Below, one piece after another: positions 12,371-24,904 of a stretch of DNA of 64,000 nt. Numbering within the stretch: position 1 is the stretch's first letter; each line of letters starts with the position of its first letter. A program made the position numbers and the translations under genes. Under the pieces are notes generated by a model, which searched no databases, had not been told where the DNA came from, and worked only from the letters and a program-made list of their open reading frames with translations. The stretch comes from Neoechinorhynchus agilis (taxonomy: Eukaryota; Animalia; Acanthocephala): assembly GCA_051530055.1 (NCBI GenBank), contig CM121341.1:11758784-11822783 (forward strand), given 5' to 3'.

Positions 12371-13624
12371 GATTTACCCATTATGGTTGTTTTTTGGCGT
12401 AGAAAATTTAAAGGAATTTTATTTTAAAATCCGATATTTCGGCACAATCGTGTGCCTTTATCAAGGTCTAAAAAATCACGTGTCAATCAATATACACTGT
12501 CCTAAGATCGAGCCTAAGGTCCGCCTTATTCCCTTCAACCGTTTCCACTTGGCGGATGAATATTGCCTCCATAATCACGATTCAATTTTGTTTTACTGCG
12601 GGTACTGTTGGGCGAAATGGTTGAGTATTGCATAACTGGCATCTCTAAGGCACTCAAAGTGCATAAATTTCGCAATATTAATAAATTTTGTTTTTCGAAA
12701 AATCACAAATGTTACTGTTGATCAAGAAGGATATAATTAATCGTTAATAACTTCACGATGGCAACAATTTTGAACATTTTCGTTCTTTAGAAAATGATTC
12801 CGCAGCTTTCTAAGTAGACTCTACCTTTCATAGCCCCGATAAATTCACTCGTTTGCACGCCAAGGATTTTTTAAAATTATACTGAGTTTTATCGTCTAAC
12901 TTGATTTCTTCTTATACGTTCTTTAGGTCCTCCGAGGGTTTGTTAGGATGCCGTCATCATTATTTGGTTGCTTTTATTGCGGTTTTAAATAGACAACAGA
13001 AGTGCCATTTCTTTTGGGCATCTATGAATGTCTGTATTAAAAACATCATCTTTTGCAACAGTAGCGATGAAATTCTTCGATTGGCCGGAGTTCACCACAA
13101 TACGCCATTTTTTGGCTAATACATAGTGAAATGGAATTGATCGTCCAATTTTTACGGAATAGATTATTCGTGATCATAACAACCGATAATGCAAAGCACA
13201 AAATTTCTTGGTTAATATTTAGCACAATTTGGTATGTATTTCTCTGCATTATGTTTGTGTGAGTATGTAGAAAATTTATACGTTATTGATTTGTAATTTA
13301 AAGACACATGAACGGAAGCGAACGAGATACTTTTTTGCATAACGTCTACATTGCTTAAATTTTGTTAACGATAAAACTAGAGATAAATTTCTTAATCAAT
13401 TTTTTCCTTTAAAAAATATTTGCGATCCAATTTAACACAGAACAAACGGGCCTGAATATATTTTGGCGTTCTCTTGTTTTCACGAGCTTCGAGATTCCAC
13501 TGCGTTTTTCATTTGAGTAACCATTGAGAGCAGCGAAAGGCCATATATTTTCAAAGTAACTCGAGAGATTCGCGGCGCATTTCGAGTTTTCACCTTTTAT
13601 ATCGTATTCCATTTCAACTAATTT

Positions 13625-14427
13625 CTATTCCATGACACCGAGGAGTTTAGTGTTCTCCGTAACGACATGGTGATAATCTGTTTCAAGACCCTTCAGTTTG
13701 TTTAGCAACTCTTCCATTTGTCTTTCAAGAATATCGATTTCAAAATCTTTGTCGGATAACATCAAATCGAGATTTTCGGCGTGTTCATTAAGGTATTGAA
13801 CAACCATTTGTAGATCCTTGCTATGATGCTCTGTCGCTTCGAGAGCATTTTTTAATTTCTCGTTTGAATCTCGCAGATCATCAAACTTCATTTCCATGCC
13901 TGAAACAACTCTGGTAAATATCGATTTTGCTTCCTAAGCAACACCAAAAAAAGTTTTTGTCGCTACTGATGCGTTTCTCCATTTTTTCGTGGAATTCGAA
14001 CAATTTGAGTTTAACTTAAAGCTTTTCAGTTTGCCAGTTTTTCTCCTTTTTTCGGACCTACTCCAATTCTTTAAGTAATTCTGACAAATAGTTTTGCTCA
14101 TTTGTTTTTGAGTCCGGCTTCTCTTCTGTCTCACATTCAGTTTTCGGCGACTCATCTATAAGTAGCGGTCCCACAACTGAAACATTATAGTCATACATTT
14201 CTGGTTTCGTTGAAAGGCGCCAACCTCGTAAAATATTGCTCGGATTGGTCTATTAAATTACCCGATTCGGTAAACTCTTTTAACCTGTCGTAATTTTTCA
14301 TAACGTGTTCATACGTTTGTCGTTTTGAGCTTGGATTTTCTCTAAAAGCTTGATCGATTTTATCAAAATGCTGACTTTTTATTCTAAGATAAATATATAT
14401 ATTACAAACACACGTGATAGCGTTCAA
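13625..14427 (-). pseudogene. Disrupted coiled-coil protein gene remnant
   Basis: Successive E/K/L-rich heptad-like blocks interrupted by in-frame stops (ELE*VRKKEKNWQTEKL*VKL) and frameshifts. No family recognised. Confidence 0.35.
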
Positions 14428-14445
14428 CTTATCAATTATGGAGAC

Positions 14446-15250
14446 TTAGTTACTTGTTAATTTTTTTATAGCTGTAGCCAGTAATTCATCCTTTTTCTCT
14501 TTTTGTCTAACGAATGACGCGTTTTGTAGCAGGACCTCAGCGAATATGGGCCGCTGTTCGGGTGGACGACCGCGACTAAAAAAGGTTAGGGCAGATATTG
14601 CCCATGTTTTCCAGATAAAATATTGTTTTTTATAGCTCAGTTGCAGCCTCAACGCTCTTGTACAGTAACGTTTGGCAGTTTTTAAAATTCTTTTAAAATG
14701 TTTCATGTCTGAATTTTCATTCAATTTTGCGTTGAAATTGTAACCTAAAATTTTATTTTTATTAAAATGTAAATTACCAACGTTGTTGGTTCGATCTAAA
14801 ATACGTAAAAATTGATTTTTAATTATTAAATTAAGTTTCTTATTTACATAATTGATGCCAGTTACAGCCATAATATTGGTTTTGTTAGGGTTCAGCCCGA
14901 TGCCCATATGTGCTGCATTCCTATTGATAAAAGCTAACAATTCCTTCAGTAATATAGGTAATTCCCAGGGGTTATTGGTAAATAAAACTGCACTTATATC
15001 TTCTATTGTAAGATCGCTCATCGTTCTGGCACACAATTACAAAAATTGTATATTGATTGGTGGTTTGATTGGTTATCGCACAGGTAGAATTTGGAATACA
15101 AACGTGCGATAACAAATTGTTTAGGAAAATTACGTGAGTTTATTGAAGAAGGGTTTCTTAATCAAAAAATCATCTTCAGATTTTTATTAGACTTAGTACC
15201 ACACCCTGATGATTTTCTGGATCCAGCTCCCGCACTTCCAATAATAGTTT
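14446..15250 (-). mobile_element. LINE family B, RT C-terminal fragment
   Basis: MGIGLNPNKT, ILGYNF and WKTWAISALTFFSRGRPPEQ are homologous to 60851-61438, which lies downstream of YADD in an APE-RT element. Confidence 0.7.
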
Positions 15251-16041
15251 AAAACTTTAGATTGTCACATTTACTTAGTTGTTAAAAACTTGCAGCTAAA
15301 AATGTTTACTTAAGCGCAAGCGATCGATAACTCTGATCGGTTTCAAAAACATTTAAAAAATGTTCAAATACTCAACTGCGACGAGTTCTATAGCCCAAAC
15401 CGATTTATTTTTAGTAAACTGTTCCGTAGAAAGATTCTTGGCTCTATTTGGTTCGTAAAATCGTTGACTTTATGACGCTCTTGTACAGTAGCAATATTTT
15501 AGGATTGCTTAAAATTAAATTTAGGCACATTTCGCTTAAAGATTAACCAAGAAACTATTTTCCTTGAATTTTTTTGCCAAGTTTGATATTCCTTCGGCAT
15601 AATTCAACCCATTTGTAGACAGACAATAAAACCATGAATTTGTATGGAGATCCTTTTTAGTTTATGATTGTGAGCATCCATTTGATTTGTTTCTGCCAAA
15701 AGATTCTAAGAATTCGCTACGATATTCCTTCTGGCTCTCAAGTGCAAATCCTATACATCATCTTTCATTTCGTGAACTAGAGAAACTATGTGCAAGATTC
15801 GGCTATGGAACATGTCGTTACGACGGACTGAGAAGTAAAATTCGCTTTTGTCCGGATTATTTCAATTCCACAAAGTCGCGTAATCCCCCCTTCAAAATGG
15901 GCATCAAAACAAAAAACAAGTCTTAACTACCGGCTAGGTTAGTTTGACAACTACTTGATGAGTGTACGAAATTGTTTTCGAGTCGGGACTATAAGAGAAA
16001 CTGTATAGTGTACTACTCAACCATCTTCAACATATCCACGA

Positions 16042-17682
16042 ATGCTCTCATACTTATTCGCGGTGCAAGATTATATTAAGGATAAATTATCTTACTTCTG
16101 TGAATCTATTGGAATCCTGCCGCCAAGAAATGAACCAGTTGTTACTAATTTCCGGCGTGGCACCAACTTCTTTGGAAAACTCGGACCTTTGGCAGAAGAC
16201 CCGTGGGACGTCTTCAAACACCAGATTGAAGCGACTTATTTGCGGAACAATGCTACCAAAGTATGCAATATTCTGCAGAAGTTTGACATATCCATCTCAA
16301 ATCTGGCCATGATTAAACGTCAGTTTCAGCGGTCAATGGACAAGGGTTTGGATCCCGAGAAGGGCCACTCTGACTTAAAGATGATACCAACATTTGTTAC
16401 TAGAACACCCGATGGATCCGAGGTAGGAGAATATTTAGCCCTTGATCTTGGTGGAACAAACTTTCGGGTACTCCTACTTTCCATGACAGGAAGTCCTGAA
16501 ACGAAACGCTTGAGAGCGAAGGAATATCACATAAATTTATCGGTTATGCAAAGTGACGGCAAAACGCTATTCGGATTTATTTCCTCGAAAATAGATGAGT
16601 TTATGCGAATCCACAAAATGGACAGGAAAAAATTAAGAAACCTTGGTTTTACGTTTTCATTTCCATGCCTCCAGAAATCTCTCAATAGTGGGAATCTGAT
16701 GCAATGGACAAAAAACTTTGATTGTCAGAATGTGGTAGGAACGGATGTGGTTCAATGGCTTCAGGAATCGATCGAAGAACGCGGTTTGAACATAAAAGTC
16801 GTCGCGCTGGTCAACGACACCGTTGGCACCCTGATGGCAACAGCATTTCAGTATCCGGACTGTTCCATGGGGATGATTGTGGGAACAGGGACAAACGCTT
16901 GTTATATCGAAGAAGTAAAAAATATCAAAAATTTCGACAATCTTAGCTCCAATGACCGATATATGATCGTCAATATGGAATGGGGAGGTTATGGGGATAC
17001 TGACGAAGATTGTGGCCTCGACAAATTCACAACAAATTTTGACCGGGAAATCGACCTTGGCTCAATAAATCCAGGGGAACAAAAGTTCGAGAAGCTTATA
17101 TCTGGAATGTACCTTGGTGAAATTGTCCGGCTGGTTTTAGTCGACCTTTATGAAAAAGATCTTTTCGGCTTCAAATATTCCAATAAGGGAACCACGTAAA
17201 CCATTGGGGTCTTTTCCTGGACAGCACATCTTTTTAGTTGAAAGACACCAGTGGTAAACGAGTTCAATAAGTCTGTCCTTTATACTCCAATGGCTTTTCT
17301 TACAAAGTATATCTCTGAGATCGAAAAGGACCGAGGCCTCTCATTTAAGAGGACGAAGCCAATAATGGATTTATTAGGTCTTGAAGATGCTACAATAGAC
17401 GATTATGCGATCCTTCATGCTGTCTGCAAATCCGTAACTCAAAGAGCAGCGAAACTATTGGCTGCCGCAATGGCTGCTACACTTGAGAAAATGAAGAGAG
17501 ACGATCAGACTATCGGAATAGACGGCAGCCTTTATCGGTACCACCCAAAATTCATGCAGACGGTAGAGTTTTACTGTAATCTTCTTTTGGACAAATCAAT
17601 ACAATATAAAATTGCTCTTGCCTCGGACGGATCAGGAATCGGCGCTGCGTTGGCTGCAGCATCTGCTAATAAAGAACATTGA
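16042..17682 (+). CDS. HK: Hexokinase; model join(16042..17198,17259..17682)
   Basis: LKMIPTFV, ALDLGGTNFRV, LGFTFSFPC, WTKNF, VNDTVGTL, IVGTGTNACY, NMEWG, FEKLISGMYLGEIVRL, then TKYISEIE, IGIDGSLY and SDGSGIGAAL. The two ORFs are in the same frame, separated by a stop-containing hairpin. Confidence 0.93.
17199..17258 (+). other. Candidate non-canonical hairpin intron in hexokinase (60 nt, AA...TAAA)
   Basis: ACGTA|AA-CCATTGGGGTCTTTTC...GAAAGACACCAGTGG-TAAA|C. The arms form about 14 pairs. It contains in-frame TAA and TGA, and I found no frame-preserving GT-AG pair that keeps the flanking conserved blocks. Confidence 0.7.
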
Positions 17683-18037
17683 TGCAAAAGTTTTACAAAA
17701 TTAATGTTAATAAATTTTAAACAGGGGTTTGGTTTCCAAGAATTAATCAGGTACTTGTAGTATTAAACACCGATTACTTAAACAAATCGCGAATGAATAC
17801 AGTACATTCAAAGGGTTCTCTAGATTGTTTTACAAAGAATAGCAAACAAAAAATCGTAAACGGGATTTTAGTCGTAAGTAGGAAAATAAATTTTTCTTTA
17901 AAAATTAGGCTCGGTTATTTGGAAAACAACATTAAATTAAAGCGGATTTCTGAGATTGTCGCTAAGCAACGAGTACTCCTTAAAATAAAAAATGTATCAT
18001 ATAGATTTGAAGGAACTAAAAATTAAGTTGATAACTA

Positions 18038-18629
18038 ATGTGTTGCTGGGCGTTCATTGTACTTTTCGTAGGACAACAGATCGCTGTTACACTTGGCGAC
18101 GATATCAATCCTTCAATCCAGTCGTATTACAGCAACAATCTTGTTCAGTGCATGAATAACCATCGTAGCCATCACGGTTCACCACCACTTTCTCTGAGTT
18201 CGCAATTAAATGAGAAGGCCAAGGAGCGTATTAAAAAGATGATGCACGAGTGGAAGCATCGTTTGTTGTAAAATGTGGTATTGTCAAATATTGGATTACG
18301 ACTTTTTGGAAGGTCGATACTTGCCAAATACAACTAGCTTCACACAAATGGTTTGGAAATCTTCTACATCTGTAGGTTTCGGAGTTGGCGTTTACGAAAA
18401 CCGGGTTGACCGAACGAAGTTAGACTACTATTTTCTTAGAATATTCTCTCCGGCAGGGAACGTTCCGAGGACGATCGGTTATGAAAACCCGTACATCCAA
18501 AATGTCCTTACTACCAAATTTGATTATAAAAGCTATTGTGGTGCAGATAAAAAGACAACAAAAAGTATGCCAAATAAAGCATCAGAAAGCTTAGTTCAGA
18601 TCGAATTGAATATTAGGAAGCATCACTAG
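18038..18629 (+). pseudogene. CAP/SCP (GAPR-1/PR-1-like) secreted protein, probably pseudogenised by internal deletion
   Basis: Signal peptide, MNNHRSHHGSPPL..S..LN, then in another frame KMWY...YDF...SFTQMVWKSSTSVGFG. The central GENL block is absent at the frameshift (about 18265). Confidence 0.7.
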
Positions 18630-19619
18630 GCGAGAGAAGAAATTAGTACCTTCGAGCCAAGTTGACGGTCGGAGTAATGTTTATGTTGATTTATTTTATC
18701 ATTTAAAAAAGTTTTGATTTGTACTTGCAAATGTTTCAATCTATATTATCATTTTACTGCTGATTCAATACTTTTATAATATAAAATTACTTTTAATATA
18801 TATACCGGGTGATTTATTTGGGGACTAGTTGAATAAACGGCGATTAAATCGCCTATCCTTTAAATATAAATAACTCAATGTTTACAAATTAAAAAATTCT
18901 TCTTATATCTTCTTCATTGATTGTTACAATCGAGTACAAAATTTAATAATTTTCTTATTTTTTAATTACTTTATTGATGTACTTTTTCGAAAACTTCATT
19001 TCTTGTAAATTCTCACTGATCATTTAGAACTTTTCATTGTTACCGAGTATCTCTTATTTGTAATTTGATATTGTTTGCATTTCTAGAACGTCACAGTGTG
19101 AGCTAATGTTGTCCACAAGAGAAGATTGACGTTTGTAAATCAATTCTTCGATTTTCAAATGTTTGCCCTTGCGACTTATTAATCGCAATTGCAAATTTTG
19201 GAATAAGAGGAAACTGCCGGCGCTTGCAAGTAAATGGTAAAATTGTGTCACTTTATTTGAAGAGTTATACGAGGTATCAAAACTTCTCCTTAGTTCCTTT
19301 CCGAAATAACTTCGGCTTTTATTGAGTGCATCATACGATCTTTTACGACTAGGCGAGTGTTATTGTATAGTCCTTTATCCTTATTTAAATTTCAAAGCAT
19401 AATTATAATTGTTTCTTTTTTAAAGTCAAGCAATGTGGTGATATTCCTGAAGGCATAAGTCTGTTTAAATATTCAGCGGGATAATTAAGCGTATCATTAA
19501 TATCTTATATAACATATCTGCAGCAGTATCCCTGTTTCTGAGAGCCCATAAAGTATGCTCAACATACAGGTTACGACAAGCTGAAATACGTTCCATTACT
19601 CAAACTCTGAGAGCAATTG

Positions 19620-19915
19620 GCTATCCCGAATTGGCGATAAGAAGAGCTTTCCACAAACGAGAAAAAAATCTTGACATGTACTGAAAATGACAAACACAAA
19701 TATATAGGGATAAAATTTGTGGACAATGCAATTCAGTCGTACCTGAGACGGATTTGCGTAGCCTGGAAAGCCAAAATATGAGCAGCATGAAGTTGTATAC
19801 GAGGTCCACTACAAAGACTGCCCAGCCAAATATGTGGGACAAACCAAACAGGGACTCAGCAAAAGGATCTCACAGCACAGATATGCATGTAGGCGCTATG
19901 ACTCGTCCTCAGCTA
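19620..19915 (+). mobile_element. Penelope-like element, GIY-YIG endonuclease fragment
   Basis: From 19789: EVVYEVHYKDCPAKYVGQTKQGLSKRISQH, the VVY..C..C...YVG.T..L..RI.EH pattern. Confidence 0.8.
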
Positions 19916-20056
19916 TAATAGATGATTTATTCAGCATTGGAATTTCACAACATGTTACGTCATTACTGGATCTTTGTGTGGTATCTTTAATTTTAAGACA
20001 TAATAATTAATTAATCCACTTCCCAAGACCACCAGCCCAGGTAGAATGCAGAGAGT

Positions 20057-20580
20057 TTATATGCTTGAAGAATGCATCCACGAACAGCGCTTTATGTTCA
20101 GGGGGCGAACTTTAGAATAAAAAACAAGACTGGAAATAGCCCAAGTTTTCCAAATAGAAAGAATAAATTTGAGACTTAAACCGAGCTCATTAGCACCAAA
20201 AGCTTTGTATTTGGCTGTTTCTAAAAGTTTCTTCATTTGATTGATGTCGATTTTAAGGGAGAGGTTTACATTAAAGGTATGCGCTAAGCTTAGTCGGGGT
20301 ATTAATAAGAGACATAAGGGTGTTAAAAGAGAGTATAAGAGACCTGCGACGGTCAATCTGAGGTAGTAAATTAAGCCTTTTCTTGAGAATAATAAGGTCT
20401 AAAACGAAATGGACATCCCTAGTTATATTATGATAAGTTGGAGATGAACACAGAGACCGATCATAAAGGGGTTTGACCACCTTGACTACAGTGTCTATTT
20501 CGAGGGTTTGGGCAGTTGTCAGAGGCATGATTCGATTCCGCACAGGGACAACATTTAGTGGCAGGGTGAGGGCATTTTTG
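20057..20580 (-). mobile_element. LINE family B, degenerate RT C-terminal fragment
   Basis: IWKTWAISSLVFYSKVRP(P)EHKALF (one frameshift) is homologous to the RGRPPEQ block of the other copies. Confidence 0.65.
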
Positions 20581-20946
20581 ACATCAGTGACCCCACATTT
20601 GGCAGATATTATAACGATGAAAGACGAATCCATCTTGTTCGCAGTTTGACTTTTGCGAAAAATTAATTTCAAAGCAATTAAAAGCACAAGAGCGTCGTGT
20701 ACACACATCATCTCGGACATGTGTTGATCCTTTAACCACGGCGATTAAGGAAAAATTTAACTTTACATTGCAAGGATGATTCGAACAGATCCTTATCCTC
20801 ATTACTCAAATGCGCATGTAAGCCATTCACAAAAAATTGTACTTTTTGTGACGAAGAGCAGATTGTATAAGTATCATTTGTTAGTATGGATCGGGCGAAT
20901 TTAGTCAGGTGAACCAAACACTCATGATTGGTGACATAAATCCGCA

Positions 20947-21245
20947 TCCTCTTATAACTCGCAGCTCACTATATCTGCGCTCCTTTTTCCATGCTGGCCA
21001 ATCTTCTATGATATCATGACCTGAAATGATTCTGAGGAAAGAGCAACCTTACAAGCGCTTCTGCAAGCAATAAACACCAATTCCCACTAGAACGGACCTT
21101 CCAACCCAACCGGATATTCTCAATCGAACGGACACATCCTCACCCGAACGAACATCTCCCGGCTGGATAGTTCCACCCGAATCAACATACAAAAAAAGCC
21201 GGAATAACTGTGGGTTTATGAGGACCCAAAGGTACATGGGTCTAA
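20947..21245 (+). mobile_element. LINE family A, 3' end copy
   Basis: Near-identical to about 7775-7930 and ends with GAGGACCCAAAGGTACATGGGTC. Confidence 0.8.
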
Positions 21246-21689
21246 TTTCATAAACACAAAAATTAATAAAACGTGTAATACACAAGATACTGGTCGGTCC
21301 GGTAACATTGAGAACATCTTTGATTAAATGCAGATCGATTATTTCGGCAGTCAATGGACCTGCGTACTGATTATCTCGCTTCTTGTCGATGGTGATTAGC
21401 CCACTGCTTCAGAAAACGAGTTCTTATTTGTGCAATGTAGAAGGCTTACTTAATTCTCTGAATGCACGATGCAATGACTTAAATGATAGCCAGACCATGT
21501 CTTTTGAATTAGTCCCACTCTGTTCGAACGTCGACCAGTTGAATGAGAACTTCGGAATGCTACCGACGGACGATTTGAACTCATCCTGATGATTTTAGAG
21601 TGCAACAAATTTCGATATAACGACCGACTTTATAGACAAATTCGTGGACTGTCAATGGGAAACATCCTTGATCCCGCCTTTGCAATCAT

Positions 21690-22160
21690 TTTCCTCGATG
21701 GTTTTTAAAAGCAGTGCAATTTCCCACATTTAGCATTGAATCAGATTTATCTCTGCTGTGTCGACGATGTGCTGTTCACCTACAGAGAATATTGTGAGGT
21801 CGATGATGTTAAGAAGAGGTTTAGTTCTATGGATTTTACTAGTGAGATTAAGGTGATTCGAGGCAAACCATTGGATTATCTGCTTTTCATCGATTTTTGC
21901 TAAAAAGTTAATCAAGTCACTGATTTCGGTTGGTATCGCAAACCGTAAAAGGATAGTCATGCATCGAGATTCCCATCATCCTTGGGTGATGAAATTGGCA
22001 ATTTATGCTGAGATGCACGAGACGGCACTGATTTACTTACCGTCGTTAACGGAGAAACGTTTGGCGAGAGACAAAGTGAACGCAATTTTCGCTGTTGATG
22101 GATATTCAAGTAACGAGATCATGCGGTTCCAACAGCGCTATGATTCACGAGAGTAAAAAC
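21690..22160 (+). mobile_element. Penelope-like RT C-terminal fragment (degenerate)
   Basis: LLFIDF...TDFGWYRKP then HRDSHHPWVMKLAI, resembling the LPFLD...YRKPT...SxHP...K pattern of PLE RTs. Contains stops and frameshifts. Confidence 0.6.
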
Positions 22161-22319
22161 GGAACGATGATCATTCGACGAATCTATATGGAGGAAAACC
22201 GATTCTCAAGATAAAAATATATACTTAAATGTTACTGGCAAGCCGGGGCTTTCGATTCAGATTGATACGTCCCTTCCTGGTTTTCTGGCGTGAAGTCACA
22301 CCGATCTCTTACATCAAAG

Positions 22320-22750
22320 AAGTGATTGAATCACTTAGACCTGATGCATACGGTAAGGAATTTGTACATTCCTCCGGATTTTCAGATACCTCCCGAGGAG
22401 GCGGAACTCATCAGTAAGTTTCCCCCTTCAGCGGTATTTTGTCACTTTTATTTGTGGGTCATTGGTGACCATGTAGCCGAGGGACTCAAGTGGACGGGAG
22501 CTCTGAATGCCTGCTTCTGGGTGTATGTGTATGCCAAAAAACCCGAGGAAGGTATGTAGCAATCTGAATAAAAAAAATATCAGTAAAAAGTTCCCCAGTG
22601 ACGTTCGAAAGCTTCTACTACGATTGCGAATGGATGTTTCAATTGTCCACAGAAGTCTTTAAACGCCAGATTCGAAGAAACTTGGTCTATGGAATGACCT
22701 GCGAACGATGTTTGGCCGAGAACAATCGCGGGTTTCACGAGCCTTTGTAG
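22320..22750 (+). pseudogene. Unassigned coding remnant with a 32-nt GT-AG intron (22552-22583); partial paralogue at 42828-42990
   Basis: LWVIGDHVAEGL...KKPEE|VKSSPVTFESFYYDCEW joins in frame across GTATGT...ATCAG. The paralogue keeps LWVIGD.V.E.L with synonymous changes. Confidence 0.4.
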
Positions 22751-23136
22751 ATTCCTAGACAAGTCGTAAAACGGCCAAAGGTTGGAAATAAATATTTTCT
22801 TTTTCTTTTATTGAATAAATGTTAAGAAACAGTGAGAATAACGCTTGGGAATTAAGAGGAATGCAGTAGTAAAATAATAAGAGGGTAAACTTGTACATCA
22901 AGAGTAAGTATATTTAAATTGAAAATTAGCTTAGGGCACTTTAATAGAACAGAACGCTTGATAGGAGATTCGCATAAAATTAAATGGTATCTCCACAAGC
23001 ATATATATCGGAAGTTAAGAAATGCTTCTTTTCTTCCTATTGAGTCGTTTCATAAGTACATAATAGGGTTTTTTCGGGAGTTTAAATTTTTTTCACCGTA
23101 ATCGATCGAGCACAGCCTTTACAAGTTCATAATGTC

Positions 23137-23601
23137 TCAATATTGATTGTATTGATTGTTCCCAAAATAGTTAAAATGGTATTTCTCGGCCGGATAAAAT
23201 ACAGTAAGTGGTGCTATCTCCGTTACGATTGGTTTACACCCAATGTACATTTGTGCGCGACTGCGTGCTGCCACTGCGATTTGTCTCTGGTATTCATCAT
23301 GATAAAGAATGATTGATCGATACTGCGTCCCTATATCATTACCTTGTCGATTAAGAGCTGTTGGATCATGACTGTTAAAAAAGAAATGAAGGAGTTTATC
23401 AAAAGGCAGGACGTATGGATTAAAAGTGATTTGAATGACTTCGGCGTGTCCTGTATATCCTGTGCATACCTCTTGATAAGTAGGATATGGTTTTGTTCCA
23501 CCAGCATATCCTGGGACAACATTGTAGACACCATGAATGCGCTTAAAAAATGCTTCCATGTGCCAGAAACATCCACCGCCCAATGTGGATTTCGTTGTCA
23601 T
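23137..23601 (-). CDS. msrA: Peptide methionine sulfoxide reductase MsrA (intronless)
   Basis: GGGCFW, GYAGG, PTYQEVC.G.TGHAEV, HDPT.LNRQGND.GTQYRS and FYPAEKYH are canonical MsrA motifs. Confidence 0.93.
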   Translation of the reverse strand: MTTKSTLGGGCFWHMEAFFKRIHGVYNVVPGYAGGTKPYPTYQEVCTGYTGHAEVIQITFNPYVLPFDKLLHFFFNSHDPTALNRQGNDIGTQYRSIILYHDEYQRQIAVAARSRAQMYIGCKPIVTEIAPLTVFYPAEKYHFNYFGNNQYNQY

Positions 23602-24904
23602 TTAGACAGCCAGATAATATCTTTTCTTAATCCCAACGTACGGTGTGATTACTCACCAAGCTACTCTATTACGACTTCTCAGTGCGACTCATTATTCGTT
23701 GTACGTCGTGTCACAGTTGAATAAATATGAGACAGTTTTAGTTTATTTTTGTTTTCGATAAGTATTTTTGAACCACAAATCATTTAATCTTGCTTCTGAT
23801 TTGCTGAAAAGTCATTAAGACACAATGCAAAACAATACATTTTCTTATTGTTCGTCGTTCGAAATTTCGTGCCTAAAAACCGAGAATCCGAGAATTTTCT
23901 CACCTGTCTAAAGCAATGAAATATAAAAGTACGAAGATCTGTTTAGATAACTTAGAAGTTACTTGTAATTGATTTACTAAATGTATTTTATTGCTGAAAA
24001 TGTCATTCTGGTTTTAAATGTGTTTGATTAACAAAAGTTGTATTTTTTGTCAATTTTGGCGTCCGCTCAGACCGAAATGTTTTATATCAGTGTATATTTT
24101 GTTAATTATAGAAAATACACAGAATATATATGTTGCTAAGAACTGAGACTCGATCATTATTTACTCTTCTTTTGACAATATAGCGTATTTATTGTCCAGT
24201 TAATAAATCTTGTTGTAATAATTCAAAAGGCATCATATTAAGAAAATCCGTGAAGTACAATATTTACATTCATGGACAAGAAATTCCAGAAACTTATTGT
24301 GGATATTTGTTAAACGCTGCATACCAAATTTTAAAGGCATTTCTAAAATACAGTTCAATTTCAAAATATGGGCTCAGATTAAAACAGATAAGTTTCGGTC
24401 AGCTGCCTTCACGAAATGAGGGATTAACATTGTATTTGATAAGGAAGCAATTGCCTCAAGTTGTGTGCAAAAGTAATTTAACTATATTGTTAATAATGGG
24501 GGTTCTTGTCAAGGGCCAACAGATGAATTCTTTTGAGCAAGCAAACTTAAATAATCATTTATTGACAGAACTCATTGAGAGTGGTATTCTATTCTTATGG
24601 GATTGGTTTTCCATGTTGAACAAAAATACTTTATTATCTTCGGGAGGAAAGGTACTGTATTTCGGCAGTTTTGTCACACCGGATTTAAATTTACTAATTT
24701 ATTTTCGATATTTCTTCGGATAATTCTGACATTATCAAGGTTTGTCATTGTTAATGTGTTGAGAAATAACAAAGAAGGTTATATAATTTGTCGCAATGAA
24801 AGTTCGTTGCAAAACTACCAAAAGAAAAATACTTTGTTTTTCTTGATCTTCTACTAAAGGTACATGGGTCCTATTATTTGTTTACAACGACAGTGATTTA
24901 ATAA

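Noticed and set aside
22350-22420. Hammerhead ribozyme (minus-strand CTGATGAG...GAAA near Penelope fragments)
   Set aside because: Helix II lacks the G-C closing pair before GAAA, there is no convincing helix III/UH, and the paralogue at 42.9 kb lacks CTGATGA.
23590-23700. Upstream MSRTEK exon joined to STLGGGCFW of MsrA by an unusual intron
   Set aside because: The stem is only about 4 bp, and MTTKSTLGGGCFW is already a satisfactory N-terminus.
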